A DNA stretch of 64,000 bases, taken from positions 86,428,001 to 86,492,000 of the forward strand of contig OX597820.1 in the NCBI GenBank assembly GCA_951406725.2, in the 5' to 3' direction. The notes beneath the pieces were generated by a model, which did no database searches, was not told the DNA's origin, and worked only from the letters and a program-made list of their open reading frames with translations. Of the stretch, positions 55,380-64,000 are shown piece by piece. The position numbers and the translations under genes are program-made. How positions within the stretch are numbered: the stretch's first letter is position 1; each line of letters begins with the position of its first letter. This stretch comes from Octopus vulgaris. Lineage: Eukaryota.

Positions 55380-57500
55380 AAGCACACTCTCCTCCAGTTT
55401 AGGCGTTTTAAATTATCTTTTAATTTGTCCTGATGCCGTAGAGGTGGTCAGTCTATATTGCATCGTGAATTACAAGCTGACCACTATTTAAGCGAAAGAT
55501 TTGTCCACACCATCACATCTATTCCGAATATTCCACACTTTTCCAGGATAGTCCTATTCTTTACTCTATAATCCGACTCAAACTATAAAGTGTCCATATA
55601 AAAGAGATTTTAGAGTAACTAACTTATACACATCAGTTTGTGTCCTTCGTGAGACATCATGGACATTCCAAAGTCAGTCAATCATAAAGCTTTCCAAAAG
55701 CTATACTGGACTTTCCAATATGGGTTTGGACCTCCCTTTCGAGTTTAGCATCGCTTGTTACTGTAGAACCCCAATATGTGAAGGCATCAGTGCTTTGCCT
55801 TCAATAAACAGGCTTTTCAGAGTTTTGCCTTCAACGTGCTGGGCAAGATTTGTAGAGAGTTACCAGAACGTGGCTGATACAAGAATTCAGTTCTTTTTAT
55901 GCTGATAGTCATGCCAAAAGAATTGACTGTTGCTGCAAATCTATCAAGGGTGTGCTGGATGCACTCGAGTGTATGAGTAACCAGGGCTTATATTCCTATT
56001 TTCAAGAAACAGTCTTCTACATCAGAAAAGGAACAATCCAGGATTACTGCAAAAAATAATGCAAATAATACTGGTGGCAAAACAACGAACTTGTTTTGTA
56101 CAATTTTTAATATCGAAAGGCTGAGACTGATCCCCATTTCAGAGAACGGAAGTCTTTAAATCTTTATGTAGTGATACTATGACATTTAGCATTTACTGAG
56201 GAATCCCGTGCTTCGCTAATACTTTCCACAAAACCTGCCAATATACCGGGTCGAAGACCTTTGTTAGGTCAACAAATACGGTTGAGATCCCATCGGTCAT
56301 GAATAACCATGGGATTGCACCTACAAAGTTACACTCCGAGGCATGAGTCCGGGCAAGGTTGTTTATGGAAGGCCAGCAGTCGCCCATGCATACCAGCCTC
56401 CCCTCTCCACACCACTGATGCTATCCAAGGGAAAGGCAAAGGCCGATACAGCTTGGCTCCAGTGACGTCGCAATTCATTTCTACAGCTGAGTGAACTAAA
56501 GCAACGTGAAATAAATACTCAAGAACACAACACGCAGCCCGGTCCGGGAATCAAACTCACAACCTCACGATCATAAGCTCGACGCTCTAACCACTGAGCC
56601 ATATGCCTTCACACCAAATACGGTACAGAGGTCTTTATTATGCTCCGGGGTCTTCACCTGAACTTGCCACAAACTAAATACCACATTCACTGTCCCTCGA
56701 CATGAACTAAACCCATACTGACTCTCTGGATAGACAGAACCGACAAAGTCAATCTTAATTCTGTCTAGGATGACGCTAGAGAGGATCTTTCCTGCATCAG
56801 AGAAGCGATATGCCATGATAAGTTTCACATTCGTACTTATTACCTTTATATTTATATATATGTATAATCGTTGCATCTTTGAATTGTCGGGGAACAGTTA
56901 CTATTTGCCACATTTAGACCATAAACTCTCTCAGTTTATGTATCAAAATATTTCCGCTACATTCAAAATTTTCTTCAGAAATACAATCCTTTCCTGGAGC
57001 TTTTCAATTCGTCAGTTGTTTTATAGCCTCATTCACTTCATCCAAAAATGTCAGTTACCGGTCTTTGAAGGATACTATTGACTTAGTTCATGTCTATATT
57101 TGTATGTCTGTTGTGCTATTGTTTATAAAATGTTCTGCTCAGCGCTTTGATATGTCATTATGATCTGTGAGAAGATTCCCTACTGTAGAAAGAACAAGAG
57201 AGCACCCGTCTTTACTTGGACCAGATACTCACTTCAAATTTTGATAGAAACCTTTCATATAATGTTTGTCAGCTGTTGGTTTGAACAGTGTTTATGGCAG
57301 ACTTGTAAAGCCTTTTCTTTCTAACAGTGTTCTTATCTGCAATCCATTCTTTGTAAAGTCTATATATCTCACCTTTTCTAGCCTACTTCCCACACAATTG
57401 AAAGCAACACCATCCTAAATAGTCTGCTTTGTAGTTAGGAAGAGGGCACGGTCTGTGAAATTGCTCCCATAAGTCTCACAGAACGACCATCTACTTCTTG
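55380..57500 (-). pseudogene. Decayed RTE-clade LINE ORF (APE + RT), split by a SINE
   Basis: GKILSSVILDRI...PESQYGFSSCRGT....FSLWQ.Q.K..EHNKDLCTVF|VDLTKVFDPV....LWKVLAKHGIP. Confidence 0.8.
56283..56614 (-). mobile_element. tRNA-derived SINE family C with 10-bp TSD
   Basis: A box tggctcagtgg, B-box-like gagtttgattccc; caaatacggt duplicated at 56273-56282 and 56615-56624. Confidence 0.85.
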
Positions 57501-57904
57501 TCACCATACGTGTAAAGCTCAAGCTAGAAACCTCCAGTGACATTAGCCACTTGTTCCTGTCGCAATCACTTCATCGCCATAGAATTTGGTTTGTTCTTAG
57601 GTTGTCACTGAGTGATCTACACTGAGTTTGTTTAAAACGGAATTTGCATGTGCTGGACAAAACCTACTCTCTCTACCTAGAAAGCATAACCTGTACTGTT
57701 ACTCAGTGTGCTATTTGTCAGATGCAGACCAGGTCACAGATCAAGTAGTGACTATATAGCTTGATCTATCAATGGGTTGACAGATGGTGGCTCAGCTCAC
57801 AAACATAAATATACACATATACATATACAAAAATTATGATATGTAAAAATATATATAGAAAGGAATATAAAAAAATATATAATGATGAATAATAATAAAT
57901 ATTC

Positions 57905-58045
57905 CATCTCCCAAATTCACTCACAAGGCTCTGATTAGCCTGGAGTTATAGTAGAAGACACTTGACCAAGATGATAAGCAATGGGACTGAACTTGAAATC
58001 ATGTGGCTGGGAAACAAATTTCCTACCACACAGTCACTCCTGCAC
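57905..58045 (-). mobile_element. SINE family B 5' part, diverged
   Basis: Reverse complement gtgcaggagtgactgtgtggtagg...aagtgtcttctactataac...gccttgtgagtgaatttgg. Confidence 0.7.
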
Positions 58046-58176
58046 GAATATTCATACCCAGGCTTTCGGCCCTTGAGTCTCTGTCGATTCTGATAAATAT
58101 TAATAAAAAATATTATGTATATATTCATGTTCTGAGTTCTGTTTTTTTCTGTTTGCCACATCAAGCTTTTGTGCAT

Positions 58177-58234
<58 letters not shown>

Positions 58235-58843
58235 TTGTGCGTGTGTGTATGTACATACATACAGCGTCAACATATAAATATATTTACAAGTGTGCACAAG
58301 TGTTTACACACACACACACACACAGATATATATAATAACACTCACTAACACACATACACACACCAACACACACATATACACATTCTCCTGGTCGGTCATT
58401 AGTGTTTCTCTCCTATCCATCTTGTAGTAATTGGTATCAGATTAGTCTTCATAGGATAATATTTATTTAGTTTCTGTTTTTATTTGCTTTTAAAGTTTTT
58501 CTTTAATGTCTTGTCTTTTATGTATGCTGCTTTTTCCTCTGTTATTTCGTGAAACGTCACACCTTGTCTCGTTATATCTTCATTTTTCATTCTGTCTACC
58601 ATCTTAGAACTAGCTGTATTCTGGTCAAACTAATAGCAATAGCGAGGCAATCAAATTCTTCAGTTCGTTATACATGTATACACACAGAGAGACGCGCATA
58701 TTTATATATATATATATATATATACATATGTGTGTTTGTTCTACATATACATGTATGTGGACGAGTATGTATGTATATGTGCATATATATATATATATGT
58801 GTGTGTGTGCGTGTGTCTGTGTGTGTATATATATATATGGATA

Positions 58844-58928
<85 letters not shown>

Positions 58929-59591
58929 GTGTGTGTGTATGTGTATGTATGTTATCTGTGTGTATGTAAAGAGAAAGGAGAAGAAGATTATGATAGAAAG
59001 AGAAAGAGGGAGAGAGAAAAAACAGAGAGAGAGAGAGAATGTAAGATCATGGACACAAAAGCTTAGCGCGCTTTTTTTTTAGTTTTTGCCAATGACTGAG
59101 AAATCGAGACTCATTTTTTTGTATATTTTACATCGAAACGTATTATAATGGTAAAACCAGTATCAAGAACATCAGCAACAATAATAATGATAATAATATT
59201 TTTGCTGCTAGAGCGTCGAATTATGGGACCATTTAGGCACGTATATATTGCTTTCTGTTTAATTTTATAAATAATGCAACTGCTGTCGTATGGTTAGAAG
59301 ATTCATTTAGTTTTCATAAATACAGGAGAGATGATATTAATAAAAATCTCGCCAAAGCCAATATTTTTAATAACTAATCAATTCGCGAATATCAACGACA
59401 ATAACACAACCGTTAAGGAACGGTGAGGAGGTGCATACGTTGCACTGTCTTTTAAATGGAGACTGAGTTGTCTAGGAATATTTTATTTATGCATATTATA
59501 TTGATATATGTATAACAAGATTATTTTACTCGTATCAAACACTTCAACTGGTGTTATACATAGATACACACATACTATATAATACACACGT

Positions 59592-59622
<31 letters not shown>

Positions 59623-59640
59623 TACATAAATATATATAAT

Positions 59641-59703
<63 letters not shown>

Positions 59704-59749
59704 GCCTACATATATATGCTGCCATGTGTCTGGTGAGAAGTCGAGTACT

Positions 59750-61250
59750 TTTTTCTATGCAAAAGTTTTTTATGAATATTTAGCACGACGTGAATCACTG
59801 TTTCCACTCTTTGATAATGTATCTAATCATAGTAAGCCATCTTGAAGACTGTTCGAAAATACATTTGGGGTCACAATGTTTTTTTTAAAACAACTTTAGT
59901 TTTTCTAAGAAAGTTGGGCAATTTTTGAAGAAGCAATATTCCTCATATTAGAAGGATTTCGAATTATTCACTTCTACATCTGTTGTAGTATTCCTGATAT
60001 GAAAAATAATATTAGTTCAATGAATTACTGTCAGTATTTTAATTCAAACTAAAGATCGAATGACTTGACCAATAACCATAATAGTAACCAGGTATGTTAT
60101 TCCTGTTCTAAAAGCTTTGATAACAGCGTGCAGTACTATGGAATATCAGGGGTTTCTTTTGGACTACCAAGTATTAATTGTACCACATCATCGACTTTCT
60201 TTTGGTTATTGTCAGCAAAATCCAAGAAATCTTTACTGCATTTCTACAAATTGGACTGTCAATGCAGTTTATTCTATATATGAGTTTCAGGGACTTTATT
60301 TTGTATATTGAGTTTCTGTTAGAAGAGTCTTTCTAACTTGATTAGCACAACATAATATATATAATGAGCTTACATAGCATACTTTTAAATTTAGGAAGTC
60401 TTAACTTTGTTGAAATGTTAATTTGTTAATGGACAATATGACCATCTGTTCATAAATTCATAAAAATATCTTTATTGATTATGGTTTTCGCTTCCGAATG
60501 GTTAAGCCCTCTTCTCCGAGAAAGATTGCAGTATCTAAAAGACTTAAAATTTTCTTCTCGAGGTTTTTCTGGTCCCGAATGTTTCGAATCAAAGTACGAC
60601 CAACGGAGACTTTGTACGATAATCCAAGGATCAACTATTGATATAGTAAAGCTTGTGATGAAATCTATTCACACTGCTCATAGTTCTTTGGTGCTCTGAT
60701 AAGAGTTTCAGTGTCTTCCACTTGTTATTCAATCATAAAATAATGGAAAAAGGTAAACGTCATTCATGTGCTTACTTCATAGAAAATACGGTTGAATGAA
60801 AACACTTTATCTTTTAACATATGTTCCAATGTGATCAATTACAATAGTGCTTTTCACTGCTTTATCTTTCATTAAGACGGTAAATATATTCTCAAATCAA
60901 CCGTTGAACTACTTTCGAAAACACATTTGGAAACATTAATGTTCATTTATTTTATAGCTTCAGTACTCTAAGTGATGGTAGTAGCCTGACTTTTGCAATA
61001 CTGTAATACCAGAATCAAATTATATTACACGAGTTGCTGTGACAGATTCATTTAGTCTAAATCAGAGTTGGGCTGAGTGATGACTTCTTTGGCATAGTAG
61101 ATATTCCCGTGTTGTAATTTTGTCCACAATCCTAATCTGCATCGAATCACTTTGCCTGAAGAAAAGAAAAGACAAGTTAAACGTTGTGCTTCAGATGAAT
61201 TTTGATCTTGTTGAATCTTTAGTTTTCAACTCCTGGTTATTCACAGTACA
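59750..61250 (-). pseudogene. Highly decayed hAT transposase
   Basis: Remnants resembling GQ.YD, C..H.LNL, FR.......I.Q...R and the C-terminal ERSFS...R..L..LNI motifs, with many stops. Confidence 0.45.
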
Positions 61251-62937
61251 CTTCCAACAGAGGTATTAGCTATGTAAATATCGAACAGCGTTTCTCTTTG
61301 CAGTGTAAGCGTCATGCTGTATATGTATTCGACTACATTGGCATGTTCGATATATAAACAGAACGATACGTATTGTGTACCTTTAAGATCAGAGTTCTTA
61401 ATTCGCCAAGTAAACTTCATCATTCATCCTTTGGAGTCGATAAGGTAATGTACCAGAGAAGTAGTGGCGCTAGTATGATCGACTAAACACTTCCTAAAAA
61501 TGTATGAAGGCGTGCTAATCTTAGAAATTACTATTGTTATATATATATATAGAAGATGGTTGAATGGTAAAGACATTGATTGTAAGTCTTAGTTTCGTTG
61601 CAGGATTGTGTTATCTCTCTTTCGTTCAGACTTCAGATGCTGACACGATTGATTGTATCTTTCATTCCTTCCTTATAGATTTAATAAATGACAGTAATGA
61701 AACCGGGTCACTATTTGAATAACCTTCTCTTCTACGGACAGGCGACTTTGGGCCAGTGTCAAATATTATTCTTATTGTTGCTGTTTATATTCCTGCTGCT
61801 ATGGTGAGGATAATGAAGACAACGTTTGCTATAATGGCAGTAGAGAGGACTGTTACAATGATGGAGTATCTAACTTTCAGACTTTGACTTTGTAGTTATG
61901 CTGTGAAAGCAAATACTGCCGATCACGTCATCCAATATAAGAGATTACTATTTCTGTTTGACTGTAGTTAATCAAGTGCGAGGTAAATAGAGGACGACAA
62001 ATATATAATATGACAGCCAACTTGGGGCGGATATTTGAACTAGATATTACATTTCAACGAATCACTTTTCAATTTCTATAACAGAACTGATGATTAAAGC
62101 TGTGAATTAATTTTTATCCGTGTTTACACCTACTTGCACTTGAACTGGAATCTTGAACGAAATGTGTTTTCCCAGCAACACATCGCTATGAAGTATTCCT
62201 CATAGAAAGTTTGTAACACCAATTTCGTCAACCTCTAAGTTAAAAAAAAAACGTGTGTGTGTGTGTGCGTGCGTGTTTGCACGTAAGCATTTTTGGTTAC
62301 AAAATAAAGAAAAAGAACTCAATCCATGTAGAAGTGTTTGTATATATATTTTTCGATACAGCTCGATACAGACAAAAAGGCTGGAGACTCTTAATGCCGA
62401 CAGAGTGAATCATCGAATATTTTACAATATTTGTGCGTGTTTGTATATACGTATATGTATGTATATATCTATGTATGTATATATATATCTATGCGGCTAG
62501 AAGACACTCACAGACAATAGACGGGTGAAGTTATTACTTGTCTGTCTGTCTGTCTCTCAATATATATAATGCTCTCTCTGTCTACTTTCTCTGCTAAAGA
62601 AAGCAGAAATGAAAACAGCATCAAAGACACACTGATTAAATATCGAGTTTAATTTCGAAATTTCCGATATATTGGATTTCAGAGAAAGAAGATAATATGC
62701 AGATATCAATCAGTCACGATATTTATTCCTCCCCTGTGACTAAACCGTGTGAAGCTCCTATTCAGCTAGCCAGTACACTAAACACATGAGTATCTAGTCA
62801 CTTTCTATACAAGTCTCTCATAGTCTCTCTCTTCTTCCATCTCACCCTTTCTCTCTTCATTTTGTCTCTATCAATTTATATATGTCACTATACTTCTGTT
62901 TCCTCTCTTTCTCTCTGTCACTTCACTGTTAGAGAAA

Positions 62938-62997
<60 letters not shown>

Positions 62998-63214
62998 ATT
63001 ATATATATATATTTATACACACTCACACACACATTTTTATTATTGATCAGCAGAAGTTACAGAATGACAGAAGGGCCGATAGTTTCGTGCGTTGGCACTT
63101 ATCAAACTTAACATAGCACGAAACCCTCTGTCCTTGAGTAACCCGGTACCTTCTGCCGAATATTAATATCAACTATCTACTCAATTCTTTTAGCTTAATT
63201 TTCTTGTTTGCATC

Positions 63215-63280
<66 letters not shown>

Positions 63281-63389
63281 CTGGACAGATATATTTTTTC
63301 AATGACAGGCATGAAATCATAGCATCGACTACTTGTTGAGTAGTTGTGCACTTTTTATATTGCTCAGATAAAATAATATTTTATTGCCT

Positions 63390-63945
63390 TGATTCCTCCG
63401 AGGTCGACTTTGCTTTTCATCCTTTCGGGGTCGATAAATTAAGCACCAGATGCTTACTGAGGTCGATCTAATCGACTGCCCCACCCCGCCTCCCCAAAAT
63501 TGCAGGCCTTATGCATAGAGTAGAAAAGAATATTATACTGCCTTGATTCATGTGCACTGTGTACTTTATGTGTGTGTGTGTATGTACGTTTGTGCATGTG
63601 TGTCAATGTTGTGTATGTGTGATTCCATGTACGCATATATATGTATATAAATGTGTGTATATACATTGACATGTCTACAAGTTTAAATATATGTAATGTA
63701 ATGTAATATATGCAAATATTATATAGATAATATTGGGTTTTGTAACCACGACAGTAATTTCGGGGTCGGGTGTTAGTCGATTGCATCAATCCTAGCACTC
63801 AAGTGGTACTTATTTTATCGATATCCAAAAGAATCTAAGTCAAAGACGATCCTGACGGCATTTGAACTGAAAACATTAATGTCTGAAGAACTGCTGCTAA
63901 GCATTTTTACCACCGCCATAACGATTCTGCCAGCTTGCCAGTTTA
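63390..63945. mobile_element. Two SINE family A copies (~63390-63530 plus strand; ~63735-63945 minus strand, diverged)
   Basis: ccgaggtcgactttgcttttcatcctttcggggtcgataaattaag and the reverse-complement family motifs. Confidence 0.7.
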
Positions 63946-63961
63946 CCACTTTTATTATATA

Positions 63962-64000
63962 CTAACAGTATCGCCCGGCGTTGCTCGGGTTTGTTTCGAC
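63962..64000 (-). mobile_element. Probable Helitron 3' terminus (element continues beyond the window)
   Basis: Minus strand: hairpin cccg-agcaacgc-cggg, 8 nt, then TTAG (variant of CTAG) followed by T. Confidence 0.55.

Overview
Eukaryotic, AT-rich, microsatellite-saturated DNA with no supportable host protein-coding gene. Most ORF-track entries are translations of (TA)n, (TG)n, (AAT)n and similar repeats. The SINE families and repeat landscape suggest a cephalopod, probably Octopus (inference). The window is mostly decayed transposons: many Penelope-like elements (PLEs, including Naiad-type), R4/Dong, RTE, hAT, Tc1/mariner, a Helitron end and three tRNA-SINE families. Four things stand out. 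(1) An intact 1,643-bp ORF1-only non-LTR retroelement (441 aa, RRM-like plus CCHC knuckle, no RT/ORF2) sits between a perfect 18-bp TSD, and its 3' stem-loop tail is shared with one tail-swapped SINE copy. (2) About 10 type I hammerhead ribozyme motifs occur in PLE termini and short non-coding PLE derivatives, including recurring non-canonical cores (A6U twice, U4C twice). (3) Two ~0.5-kb hammerhead-bearing, partially tandem non-coding units look retrozyme-like. (4) An (AAT)n hotspot holds R4/Dong fragments and a ~550-bp non-coding (AAT)n-flanked element. All calls are by eye; no searches were run.
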